From: Callorhinchus milii
Taxonomy: Eukaryota
Assembly (NCBI RefSeq): GCF_018977255.1
Contig: NW_024704742.1
Coordinates: 52,888,001 to 52,952,000, forward strand
Reading direction: 5' to 3'
DNA: 64,000 bases
Shown: piece after piece, positions 36,801 through 49,568 of the stretch
How positions within the stretch are numbered: the stretch's first letter is position 1
How the letters are laid out: each line of letters opens with the position of its first letter
Translations under genes and position numbers: made by a program
Notes under the pieces: generated by a model
Databases searched by the model: none
What the model was told of the DNA's origin: nothing
Seen by the model: the letters and a program-made list of their open reading frames with translations, nothing else

Positions 36801-38430
36801 TGTAGCTCAGTGAGTGTCCCAAATTATAAAATTAATGAAAAATTAATAAATAATCCTATGCTACTCTCTCTCATTCCCTTCAATTACATTATTTGACAAA
36901 AAGCTATCTAATTCCTTCTTAAAGTTGCTAACACAGTGATGAAGTTAAAAGCCTTTGTGACTTTCATCACACACTTTGTAAATACTTGAATCAAATGAAA
37001 TGATTGTCTATTTGTGTCTGATATGTGTGCTTGTTCAGGGAAGCTATTGAAGATATTAGGGAATGCATTACATTAGGAAAGTAGAGTTTATTTTTTGAGA
37101 CTGTTAAGAACTTGATCGTAAAGGAATGGAGGTATCTGGTTTATTCTGACAGACGGCTTGTGTTTAATGGGATATAACTACAGTTATAATACAATGTGGA
37201 CTTGGCAGCACAATCATCCTTCCGCTCTGCACTGCTTTACATTGCTCAGGCGAAGCTGAACTCTAGGGCTGCATACAGTACAAGTACTTACACACAGATC
37301 TGCTTATTGCTGACTGAGTCCTTGTTACAATTTTAATGTTCAGGCTAGAAACCGAACTGGAGAGTCTCCGGACCCTGATTGTCTATCATGGGGCTTCAGT
37401 GGGATACCTCATTGAGTCAAGCTCAATTAAAATCCTATGAAGCTGAACACAAATATAACTCCAGGCTGGGAAAACAATCAGGCTGTTAACAGGAATGCAA
37501 GGTGCTGGCGCTCAAGATGTGGGAACCGGTTTCAAATGCAATCGAGCTGGAGTCAGGATTGGTGAGGGGTATGGGTTTGCGGCCTTTAGGATTAGATGGA
37601 AAAATACAATGCTTCATAACAGGTTTGATGTGCCAAATTATCTGTTATGAAACCCTGTACTTTTTATATATTAAATGACACAATGTGTGTTAAAAGCCTA
37701 TCACCAGTATTTGCTGAATGTTATACTCGTCTTTGTATTAGAAAACTACAACCTCAGGCACGGTGGACCATTATAGGAACAGCAGAACCAAATGACATTT
37801 TGAGCATAGGATTTCTGCAGACCCTCATAAAAATACGGAAGTTAAAAGCCCTCAGATTCTTAGCCACTGATCATAAATGTGAAAGACATAATTATTTACA
37901 CATTAGAATATAGAAAGACTGTTAATGATTTACAAAAAAGTGGTTTAGGACTGAAATTGCTGGTCAGCTAACATGCTCCAGGTTCACTTTATTTTACACA
38001 CAGGAATTTTTGCAATTTTGCTCTGCTAGCATCCATTAATGAAAGTGGCTTGCGAAGAAGAAAACAAGGGAAATATGTACCATGCTATTATATTATGTTC
38101 CTTTGATCTGATACTTATATTGGGTGCAGCAGGAGAAGAATAAACTAAGGGTTGGCAGAATCTCAATTTTTCCATTGCACATCAATTCACAGATGAAACC
38201 ACTAAGTGGAACTGCAAAAACCCTGTGCTGCCAGCCACCATCTTCGAGAGAAAAACATTTGGCAAACTTTCTTTCCCTTTGTTTGCAAACACACACAATA
38301 GGGTCAAAAGCTTGGCACCATGGCTTAATAATGCGTTTTCCATTAGAAAGATGAGAAAATAACGTTCTATTTTAGTGACGGGTTTAAGATAAACCTGGTG
38401 CGGCAATGCAATATCTCTTAATAACACGTT

Positions 38431-38802
38431 GTGGAGTCCTGTAGCTCAGTGGTTAGAGCACTCACCTCACAAGCGAATGACTTTGATTTGATTCCCAGCA
38501 GGGCAAAACATTGGGCAAGGTTCCTTACTCCACGCACCTCTGTTTACCTAGTAGTAAGTAGGAACCCAGTTATTAGTCGATTGGCGGATCACTTTTCTGG
38601 GGGTAATAAGTCCTTCAAAATAATAATAATAAATTGGTCACTTCAATCCACGGCTGTTTGTGGGACACTGCTGTGCACAATTGGCTGCCGTGTTTTACCC
38701 AAAGTATACAATCAATTCACTTTACACTATATTCTGTGAAGCACTTTGAGACTTCTCAAAGACGTGATAAAGCGTTATATCAAATGCTAGGACTATTATT
38801 AT
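38431..38802 (+). mobile_element. tRNA-derived SINE, long subfamily, full length
   Basis: gtggagtcctgtagctcagtgg head through the attattat tail. Confidence 0.93.
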
Positions 38803-39827
38803 CATCATGTTACTGAGAATCGTAGAAGCTTTATAACAGAGAAAGAACCTAATGGTCCGATTGCTCGCGTATCCACCTTTTTGCATGAGGTTATTGTAGT
38901 GGAAATATAGCTTTTCTCTCTATTCTCTGTCCTCAAACAAGAAAAAGATTTGAAAAGTATTATTTTGTTAAGATGGTTACTCTTTGAAATGAGCCATCAA
39001 TTTTCAGAATCCAATATGCAACAAGTTATAGAAGGACTTAAATATATATAACCTGCTGGAACTCTGCTTGGACATTGATTACATTCCAATATCTCTGAAG
39101 TCAAATGGAGGCCAATTGAGATTCCAGCCAGAGATCAGATGAACTTAGTGTCAGGGCGGATTTTCGGCAGGTCAACAAGAAACACAACTGGGTCCTTGTG
39201 TCTTTGTATATTTAGAAACCCTTTCACCAATCACTCCATGGTACACATTTGTAATGCAAAGTTCTGAGATCACTATCGTTGTACAGACAGCTCCATGGTT
39301 TTCAGTCCTTGAATCTTTCCAGGAAATGCAAAAACAACTCTGTTAATTGATTTAAATAATGCAAAACCTTTATAATTCTTAATCATTGTTGTGACCCTCA
39401 ATGCATCCTTTAGGGAAATAAAACCAAAGCTATCCATTTTTTTTTAATCGAAAAATTGGCTCAAGCTTCAGGTTTTAATTCGTATGAGCGGCACTTCTTG
39501 GCTGACCCTCAACCTGATTCTCACAACTAATTTGTGTATCTTGGAACCTGCTCGGCATTTGTGTAGGACTCTGTCTGTGCCTTAATGATAAATTACACTT
39601 TGTATAAAAATAATTTTAATGGTAAAGAATAGTGACAGCAGAAATGGAAAGCTAGCTTGGTAGTAAGTTTTGGGTAAAACATATTTAACAAAGTGTAAAC
39701 TGCATAACGCACTAAATGCAAATTGATTACCTCTAAATGGAAAGAGTTCAGAAACCCGCTTACTTGCAAGGGAAAGGAATCTGGTGATCAGTTACACAAC
39801 AGAAGCTCAAGAAATAACCAGTGGACC

Positions 39828-39935
39828 CCAAATGTTGACTCACTTTCCTTTCTCCATAGATGCTGCCTGACCTGCTGAGTTTTCCCAGCTCTCTCTGTTT
39901 TTGTTTCAGATTTTCAGCATCAGTAGTATTTTGTG
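39828..39935 (+). mobile_element. Penelope-like element terminal fragment
   Basis: tctccatagatgctgcctgacctgctgagttttcccagc..tttcagattttcagcatc is a motif I recall from chondrichthyan Penelope ends. Confidence 0.65.
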
Positions 39936-40763
39936 TTTTGTTCAAGAAATAACTACTGTGGGGCTTGAAGATTGCAGCCGTACAAGTAATTCTGGTACCA
40001 AACTTTAATGGCTCTACAACCCAAGACAAAATGCTGAAATGGGCTATAATATGATCTCTGGAACCAAGTTTTTCTTCATCGTAGAATGAATGGGTCAGGA
40101 TGAATCACAGCAATCACTTTGATACTTTTCCTGTTAGTCAAACAAGCAGTTCAGCAAATCATAGTGTGAATAACTAGGGATGTTGCCATCAATCTAATTC
40201 CTACCCCTGGTCAGTGCAATCAAAGGATCAGACGCTCCCTGGAAAATACTTTGGATTCGAAGAGCAAATGTGAACATTCTACAGTTATATTTCAGCATTG
40301 GGTTGTATCTTGTTTACTATTGCTGCAGTATCTGCCACACGTGATGATAAGCAAGTTTCAGAGAGATTATTACTTGAACGAAGCCCCCTTATCACAACAT
40401 TTAACTTCTTTAAACAGAAATAATTTAAGAACAACATACAGGTCTAATCAGCACTCATATTTTTAACGGTGCTGTCTTCTCCAGTAGCCAGAATGTGCCT
40501 ATATTTGCATCTTTTGTTGGGCTTCTCCGGTTTGGTAGTTGTATTCTTCATGTGGAAATTCCTGACCAAGAGTGTCACAGAAAGCCTGTTGCTGCACCCA
40601 TTATAATGCTCCCAATGATTCATGTGGGGAATCATCTCACCTCTGGTTGGCTGCTATGTGTTTGCCTGCAAAATACATGGTCACTACACTTTACAGTGAA
40701 TCATTTGAAGCACTTTGAGACATGCTCCTGACATGAAAGGCACTATGTCAAATGCAAAGATAA

Positions 40764-41128
40764 AATAATAATAATCCTTGCATTTGATATAGTGCCTTAT
40801 CACGTTGTTGAGACGTCTCAAAGCGCTTCAAAGAATATATTGTAAAGTGGATTGACTATTTTATGGGTGAAGCCACTTGCACACAGCAGTGCCCCACAAA
40901 CACAAAGAGTGATTTTGAATTGGGTGACCCAATGATTTTTTGAGGGATTATTACTCATGGAAAAAGCGATCCTCCAATCAACTAACAATCAGGTTCCTAC
41001 TTAATGCTAGGTAAACAGAGGCGTGTGGAGTAAGGAAATGGCCTAAGCTTTCGCCCCTCCTGGGAATTGTATCCGGGTCCTCTTGCTTGCAAGGCAAATG
41101 CGGTAACTACTATACTCCAGGACTTCAC
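40764..41128 (-). mobile_element. tRNA-derived SINE, long subfamily, full length
   Basis: Reverse complement of the 38431 family. Confidence 0.9.
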
Positions 41129-42096
41129 ATTGCTATTATTTATTATTATGATTTGTTATTTACCCCTCCCACTCCCAAATCCATCCGAGACTGTGAAACT
41201 TCTGTGTTTATCCATTTCTGGATAATCCCATGTACAAGGCTTTTGTGGAGATAGATATTAATCTATTGCCAGTTGAGTTAATGTGCTGGCAAGATACCAG
41301 CCAAGAGGATCAGCCTGATAGAGCATCCACTTCCTAACATTGGTGTCATTTTGATACAGCTGTTTTTAAACCAGTCTATGATGAGTTTTTACTTGTATCA
41401 TTTCAACGCATCTTGTTTCCCGCTTGGCAAGTCAAATGAACGAGATTATAGTATTCAGAAATGTTCAAAAACAAAGCCATAGGAGATGTTTAAGTGCAAG
41501 CCTCTTTCTTCCTGTAAGGATAAATAGCCTTTTTATTCTTCAATGAATACTGTGCATTATTCTATGTTCCTATTCTGTCTCTTCAGAAATTCTGTAGTCA
41601 AAACTGGACCCAATGGTTTAATTATTATAGAGATGAAAGTTGTGACATTTCATTATGAAATCTCCAAATTTCATTAGCATAATACACTTTCTTCCTTAAT
41701 CTTATTGGCATAAAGTTTACGACATTTCATTACATATCCTTTGTGTTACACAAGGAATTCATTGTAAAATTGCACTCATTTTGCCACATATTTGCCTTAC
41801 AAATCACTGTTTAAATATCACATCCCAAACTTTTGCTGTCATGTGTCTCAAAGATACTCTTCGTCATAAATCAGCACTGGTGTTAAAACAATTAGAAACA
41901 ACAGAATTTAAAGAGAAAAATTAATGCTGTTCTCAACCCCACTCGTTATTAAGGACTAATTGACAAAGTGGAATAGTGCACATTGTTGCTGTGCAACATT
42001 TGCTGAAGATGTTTTTCTCATTGATTTTATGCATTTTGACATGCGTAAAAAGTTATATGTGCAAATATACATTCAGTCATAGTCTGTGGTGAGTGA

Positions 42097-42165
42097 AAAA
42101 CCTATAATATTTCACCTTCAAAATATACAGTCAAAACCTATAATATTTCACCTTCAAAATATACA
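42097..42165. repeat. 36-bp-period tandem duplication at a SINE remnant
   Basis: aaaacctataatatttcaccttcaaaatataca occurs at 42097 and 42133. Confidence 0.9.
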
Positions 42166-43799
42166 ACATATTCTGTGAAGAGCTTTGAGACGTCTCAACA
42201 GCATGATAAGGCATTATATCAAATGCAAGGATTATTATTATTACTATAATGGAACATGACAGGTACCATTTTAGACTCCAAAGTTAACTGTTTAATACTT
42301 TGGAGGCATGCCCTTGGAACCATTGATTGCCTCTTTAGTTGCAAATCCAACACTCTTCAATCACTCTTCCAAGTGTTTTCTCAGTCAGACTTGTGTATTA
42401 TTTCTCAGACTTGTGTATTATTCCCAGTTATTTAGGGAATTTGCTGCTTGTATGTCCTCACTTAATATCCAGCCACCTTATCTGCCATCTTTGTATTTGA
42501 TCCTTAGTCTTTGTGTGCTACTCTTGATCTATTTGTTAGAACTCAGAAGTCAAATTATAAGGAAAATGTTTTTACATTTGGATTACTTTATACCAACAAT
42601 ATTCCATTCATCCTGCCCCATTGTGACTTTGTTAAATCAAAGTAGAAAGTAGAAATGCCTTGTTGTGTTTTGAGTTTATTATGATAAGTGCAATAGTGAA
42701 AGAAATCTTGGTGATCATAGATGCTACATATCAGATATTGATTTACAGTATTTAAGTAGCAAAATTGTTCGAATTTTAACCTATTGTTTTAAACCATGTT
42801 TAGTAGAAATTGTCATTCTTCAAATGACAAAGAAATCAAGTTGATGTGCTCATGGTAAACTAATATATGTTTGTGCTTATTAAGGAAATCTCCATACTAT
42901 GAAGAAACAAATTCTCTGTTTAAAAGTACACAGTTGACAAAAGGACAGTGTACCAGCTGAATGCTTTTCACAAAGAGAAGCAGGTTGTGGATGAAATCAC
43001 CCTGTGTGTGACACAGCACGAATGATTTCCACTGTTTATTGAACAATGAGTCTCCTGTAGTTTGCTGGCTGGAAGGTAACCTATTCTTGATACAAACTGA
43101 TCTCAGCTGCTTTGCAGACTCAACATGAACAAGTGTTGTGTCCCAGGCTTTACCCCTTTATAGAGATGTAACTACCCAGCAAAGATTCCCTTGAATGAAA
43201 GAACTAGATTAATATTCATAAAATAATATAGGTTTTTTGTCATTTATTTTCTCATGATACGTCTGAAGTGCAACCATGTAAATACTGGCTTCAAGTTTGG
43301 AAAACAAGCTTAATTTGCAACATATTCCAAAGCACATCCAGCAACAAACACACCTGGTGTCTCCAATTCCTCATTAGTGACTTTCTGTTGCTGGTCACCA
43401 ACCTTCCCTGATCCCTAGGCAAACTGTACAGATCAACATTACAAAAGTACACTCTTGATGAGGGGTCTGTGGCTCAGCCTGCCGTGGCCAGCACAACAGG
43501 GAGGTGAATGCAGCATCAAGCATTTTTGTTTTTGCCCATCACTGTCAGGTATGCTCCAGTACTAGCAGTGTAGAATGGTACGGGGAAAGAGCAGGGAATT
43601 GGGGTTACAGTACTTCAGTAGAGAAGTTACAACAACAACAAAGTTACATTTATAGAGAGCCTTTCACGTCAGGAGGATGTCCCAAAGCACTGGGATTGAT
43701 GAGCTAGATAGTATCTTCCTCTGGTGAATTTCGATGATTTTTGTGGAATCCCTAAATTGTGGCAAATCGTCACAACTCCAAATAGTAGCTTTTAACGTA

Positions 43800-44050
43800 T
43801 TATTGTGTTTCTGCCCCCACACTCTGAAACTCCATCGCGGAGTCACTTCGCCTCGCCCTTCCCTCACCTCCTTCAAGATCTGTCTCGAGACCTTCTTCTT
43901 TGACCGTTGTGCTTTCGCTCATCTTTCCTACCTCCACCCCGGTTGGTTCCCACCATCCCCAAGTACAACTCCCAGCTCGGATGCAAATCCTCAACTGGAT
44001 GGACATCCTCCCGATGTGAAAGGCACAACATAAATGCAATTTGTAGTACT
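43800..44050 (+). mobile_element. L2 subfamily A 3' end
   Basis: SLTSFKICLETFFFD; tail ggacatcctcccgatgtgaaaggc. Confidence 0.85.
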
Positions 44051-46294
44051 TGTTTCTTTACATCCTCGTGGGTCAAACTCTACAAAAGATTTTGTGTAGT
44101 GTAGAAACTGTAATATTAACTATTAATCCTTGCATTTGAGTCAGCTGAACATCTGAACATCTCAAAGAGCTACACAAGCGTTGTTCTGCAAAGTGTAGTG
44201 ACTGTGTAGGTAGTCAATTAATGTGTACTATTGTAATCAATCCCACACTTCTATTCATAACATTTATAAGCATTTTGCAGATGCAGATTTGCTAATTTTG
44301 TGGCTGACAATCCCCCTGATTAAAAAATAGATTATTTACCTGATAGCTGTTTGTGGGATATTGCTGTTTGCAAATTGGCAGCCATATACAATTACACAGT
44401 ATTACACTTTACAGTATGTCCTGGAAAGCACTTTGACATGATAAGGTGCTACATCAAATGCAAGGATTATTATTATATTTGTCCAGAACCACTTATTTAC
44501 AGATGACATAAGTACAAATCTAAGCAGATACTCCCAGAGATACAGCACTTTTCACCAACTGTGAATTAATGTGCTGCTAAAGGCATTCTCTATCCCGAGC
44601 CATCTGCCTACTGAGGATCAGGTCTGTTGTGTTAGATGTAAAGGTATCCGCAGCCATACACAGAGAAAGCAGCTGGTGACGAGATTGAGTTCCAACAATA
44701 AACACAGAGTAAGCAATGCAGTTTAGCTACATGATACTCCTCGCCTGGTCCTGAAAGTCTTGTCAAATCTTACAAGGTTTTAGCATGGAGTTATCCAGCC
44801 AAACGCACTAGATTCAGGAAGGTAAGACATGAAAAACAGTAATTTTACCTACATTAATGCAGCAAATTAAATGGAATAGGTCATAGTGTTCACAATCTCA
44901 ATTGTTCGTGTTGAAGATGTGTCATGAATATGATAGCTCAGCTTTTACCCTGTTGAGTCACTTGGATTAACAGTAAATTTTCACTACAGTATATATATAT
45001 ATATAGAGAGAGAGAGAGTAGGTTTGTAATTGGTACTTTATAATTGGAATTGCAAATCAGAAAGGTGCAGAGCATGGGGAAAGATTTGATACAAAAAGCT
45101 GGGGCACAAAATAAATTATTCAAGTAAAAAGTTAAAAAATGTTTCATTATAGTGTATGAATGTTGCTATTATGCTAACATTTTAAATAAGGTATAACAGT
45201 GGTGGGAGAAACCGGTACTTTTCATGAAGCTGACTAAACCATTTGTGTGTTTATAACCTGTATTCAGAATTCTCTTTTCAGCTGCATGCTGTTTTACAAG
45301 AGTCTGAAACAATTGCTGTTCTTTGTGGCAGAACAGCTCATTATTAATAATTTAATGCACGTTTGTTAATTTCTAATGATTTTGGATCTGGCCGGATCCC
45401 AATTGCAATATTACGCCCTTTTATGCTTTTGTGTCCGATGTAATAAATTGATCTCTAGAAAAGGGTGTGATCATTTTCCCCCCAAATTAATGCAGTTTAA
45501 GATGGTTCCGGTTTCCTTAATTTGAGCAGTCAGACTAGAACAAGAAAGTAAAGCCTAAGCAAAATTTCAGGTTGAAATCATAATCTATAACCAGCAAAGC
45601 TGCCTCCTGCTTTCCCAGAACTCATTTTTGGAATCATATTAATGTCATAATTACTGCAAAAAANCATAAACTTTTGCTTGTGATGCAGTGCGTTCCAGTT
45701 ACTTAATTTAAGCTTAAATGACCTGGCAGCCTGAGGTAAACCTACATGGAAACAATAAAGCCTGGGCATTCGATACTCTGCTTTGTAATATTTGTCATGT
45801 GCTCATATCGCTCTCCCCTGTTGTCAGATTCACATTTGTTCCTGATTCCTGGCGCAGTTCTACATTTGATGGATTGAACATTCTTTTTCACTGGTTTGTT
45901 GAACAGTTTTGCTATTCCAGTCAGAATCACCTTTAAGCACCTCATTTTGTTCTGCTGTCGTTCCAGCTCATTCGCAGAGGTATCTTAAGATTAATGTGAT
46001 ACAAAGCGACTGTGCTGCTGTAACTGTAATGAATATCAAGAAATGATTTTCCTAAGCATAGGGAACCAAAGCTTTCTCTGTTATAAAGCGAGACTGTAAG
46101 GTCATTCGCCACCCAGAATTCATAAATCATTGTACGGTACGGTTGTGTGAACAGTTAAGCAATTTATTTAAGTACTCCACTTTTCAATGCACATGCTAAT
46201 GTATTTGATAAGATGATACAAATACAACTAAATGTACGATATGCAAAATTACGCTGGAGCATCCTGTAACAAAGACACAGTATTTGGTACAAAT

Positions 46295-46632
46295 AATACT
46301 CCTTGCATTTCATGTAGTGATTTATCATATACTGCAGTTATAACGTCTCAAACAGCTTTGCAGGATTTACTGTAATATGTAGTGAATGTGTATTTTGTAG
46401 ATAAAAGTGACAGCCAATTTCAATGTAGCAATGTCCCACAAACAGCCGTGAAGGCAGACTTCAGCAACTTCAGTTTAACATTTCATCTGAAGCATGGAAC
46501 TTCTGACAATGTGTCACTCCCCCAGCACTACACCCGGGGAGTGTCAGCCTAAACTAAGAATTCTTGAACACACTTTATTGCTTGAAGCCACAAAGTGATT
46601 CATATGCACAAGGGCTATCAACTGAGCCAGGA
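46295..46632 (-). mobile_element. Decayed Deu-domain SINE
   Basis: Reverse-complement tail, plus aatgtcccacaaacagcc and ggagtgtcagccta. Confidence 0.75.
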
Positions 46633-47599
46633 TATAAAAGAAAATAAATGAATAGACTAATAAATCAAGACTTTAAACCTAAAGACTTCAAAGTTCCTTT
46701 TCTCTGTATCCAGATTTAAAACAGATTTCAAACGATGTTCTGCGCAAAAAGGAAGAAGGCCTTTCCTTTCTGTTAGCAACTCAGATGAATAGCTAGCTCA
46801 TTAGAGTATGAGAAATTTAGATATATATCATGTCTTTCTCCTCCTCAATCACCAGACAGACACCAGACACATTGACCATAGCGATTATATATTTCCAATC
46901 ATTTCCAATAGACAACATACACAGTCAATCTACTTTACCGTAAAGTGCTTTGAGATGCCTTGACAATGTGATAAGGCGCTGCTACATCAAATCAAGGATT
47001 ATTATTATTATTATTATTAAGGGATTGGATGACCAAATGCCCACAAGACTTTGAGGCCTGCTAGAATACTAATTCCCAGAGGACAATGACAATTCCCAAT
47101 GGAATTGCCAACCTACAAACTTTACTGTTTCTTCTTCTTACAGTCACCTTCCCCTTTGCTCCTCTTCGCTTTTGCTCAACATTTAATCCCCATTGTTGTG
47201 AAGCACTCCCGAGCGTTTTCCTACATGAAGGGCGCTATAGAAATCAAGTTGTTGTTTTGCCATCAAAGGGTCCTTTGCTGTACCTGGTTCTCTGTTGTTA
47301 AAGGGTTCTCCATATCCACCGTGAACCCATGGATTCCATTTTTTTATTCATAGGTCATTCTCGAGGCCAAAAACAACCCCCAAATCCTGTTCTCCACTAC
47401 TCACCACCATCTCCACATCCTCTCTCAAGCACTTTCGATCCTCACTTCTGAATCTAAGTACGAAGAGGTCCTGAACTTCTTTATTTCTATAATAGATAAC
47501 ATCCGCCTGCTATCTCCTCCTCCCCCCCAAGTTGCCTAACATCCCCCCCCTCCCCAACGCCATTCCTCCTTCATCATCCTTTCCTCCTATCACGACTCC

Positions 47600-47975
47600 T
47601 TCCACTGGCTCCCAATTACTGAATGGATTGATTTCAAGATCCACTCATTTATTTTCAAATCCCTTCATGCCCTCGCACCTCCCTACCTTTCTGATCTGGT
47701 TAACCCCCACTCCACTACCCTATTTGTCCCTCGCACCTTCTGCTTCACCATCGGTGGCCGTGCATTCAGCCCAAACTCTGGAACTCTCTCCCTCAATCCC
47801 TCCATATTGCCCCCTCCTTCCCCACTTTCAAATCCCATCTAAAGACCTTACTTTTTGATCGTGCTTATGGTCACCTCCCCCCTCCCTCTCCCCCTCGGTC
47901 AGACTCGGTCACTGTCCATCACTCCGGGACACTACCCCGCATGAAGGGTGCTATATAAATGCAAGTTGTTGTTTA
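47600..47975 (+). mobile_element. L2 subfamily B 3' end
   Basis: tccactggctcccaattactgaa..ctaccccgcatgaagggtgctatataaatgcaagttgttg. Confidence 0.88.
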
Positions 47976-48876
47976 TGAGATCGCCATTGATCGGATGAAT
48001 ACACTTGCAAGCTATAGGGAAATATGAAATATTGCAATAAAAGCAGCATTTTCATCTATCTGTTCCTGTAGCTGCAACAATAGCTGGCATACTAGGGAAC
48101 AAACAGCGATTGTGAATCTTTTGGCAATACATTTAAAATGATGTCAGACATGCACAGAAGGGCATTTGTCTTTTAATTAACAGGATGGCAGGATCCAAGG
48201 TGGGCCAATCAGAATTTATCTGAAAGAACAAGCTTTTGAGCAGTTGAAATTTGATTCATCTGATTCAGAGCACAAGCTTGAAGTAAATATAATGTAAACT
48301 TCCACTAATGTCACAGTGGATTTGATATAGTGCTTTCGCGTCAGGAGGACATCTCAAAACACTTCACAGGATTTATTGTAAAGTGCAGTGACTGTGCATT
48401 TTCTAAGCAAACAAATAATAATAATAATTCTTGCATTTAATGTATTGCCTTATCATGTTGCCAAGGCTCTCAAAGACCTCACAGAATGTACTGTAAAGTG
48501 ATGTGGCTGTGTATATTTTGAGACGAACGCAGTAGCCAATTTGCACACATCAAAGTCTCACAAACAGCTGTGGAGTGAGGGACCAATTTTATTTGGGAGA
48601 TTGTTGGCCATGGCATAGGGAGAAACTCCTTTTTCTTTTGGAATAGTGTCATAGGATCTATCAAATGACACCTGAACTGGCAGACAGGACCTCAGTTTAA
48701 CATCTTAGCTGAAGGACAACGCTTCCACACAAACAGCAGATAGACAAGTGGACAGCAAATTCCCAAGTGTTATTTCAGTCATAAACCCTTCACAATTCAG
48801 CCAACTGACGATTTAATATGCAATGATGAATTACACCGTGACAAACAGTGAGGAATCATCTTGTCAAATATAATAT

Positions 48877-49568
48877 CTGCTCCCGTCAGCGCCTCCACAC
48901 CTCAAGTGCTGACAGCAAGACCGTCCATGGTTGCACGTTCCACCTTACTAAGCCAGCCCGCAACCTTGGCATCTTGTTTGATCATCAACTACCCTTTCTA
49001 CCCCACATCCATGCCATGACCCGCTCTGCCTTCCCCCACCTCCGCAACATCGCCCGGCTCCAGCACTGTCTCACACCACAGGCTGCTGAAACCCTCATAC
49101 ACGCTTCCATTACATCAAGGCTTGACTATGCAAACTCCCTGCTTGTCGGCCTCCCCAACTCCTCCCTTCATAGGTTGCAAATCATCCAGAACTCTGCAGC
49201 CCGTGTCCTCTCCTGCTCCAGGCTCCGTGATCCTATCAACCCCATCCTCGCCCAACTCCACTGGCTTCCCAACACATAGAGGATACAGTTCAAAAACCTG
49301 GTTCTCACCTTCAAAGCCCTCCATGGTCTTGCTCCCCCCTACCTCTGCGACCTCCTAACCGCCTACCAACCTGCCCGCTCCCTCCGCTCAGCGTGCTCCG
49401 ACCTGCTTCATGTCCCCCGCCTCGCTCGCCCCACTATTGGCTGGCGGGCCTTCTGCCACGCTCCCACACTCTTGAACACCATTCCGCAGTCTGTCCTTCT
49501 TGCCCCTCCCTCGCCTCCTTCAAGACCCATCTCAAGACCCTCCTCTTCGACCGTGCTTTCGATCACCC
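48877..49568 (+). mobile_element. L2 subfamily A fragment lacking its tail
   Basis: RNLGILFD..AFPHLRNIARL..SRLDYANSLL..QLHWLP. Confidence 0.93.

Noticed and set aside
44790..44830. Plus-strand donor AAG|GTAAGA
   Set aside because: No convincing upstream acceptor or open frame to pair with it.
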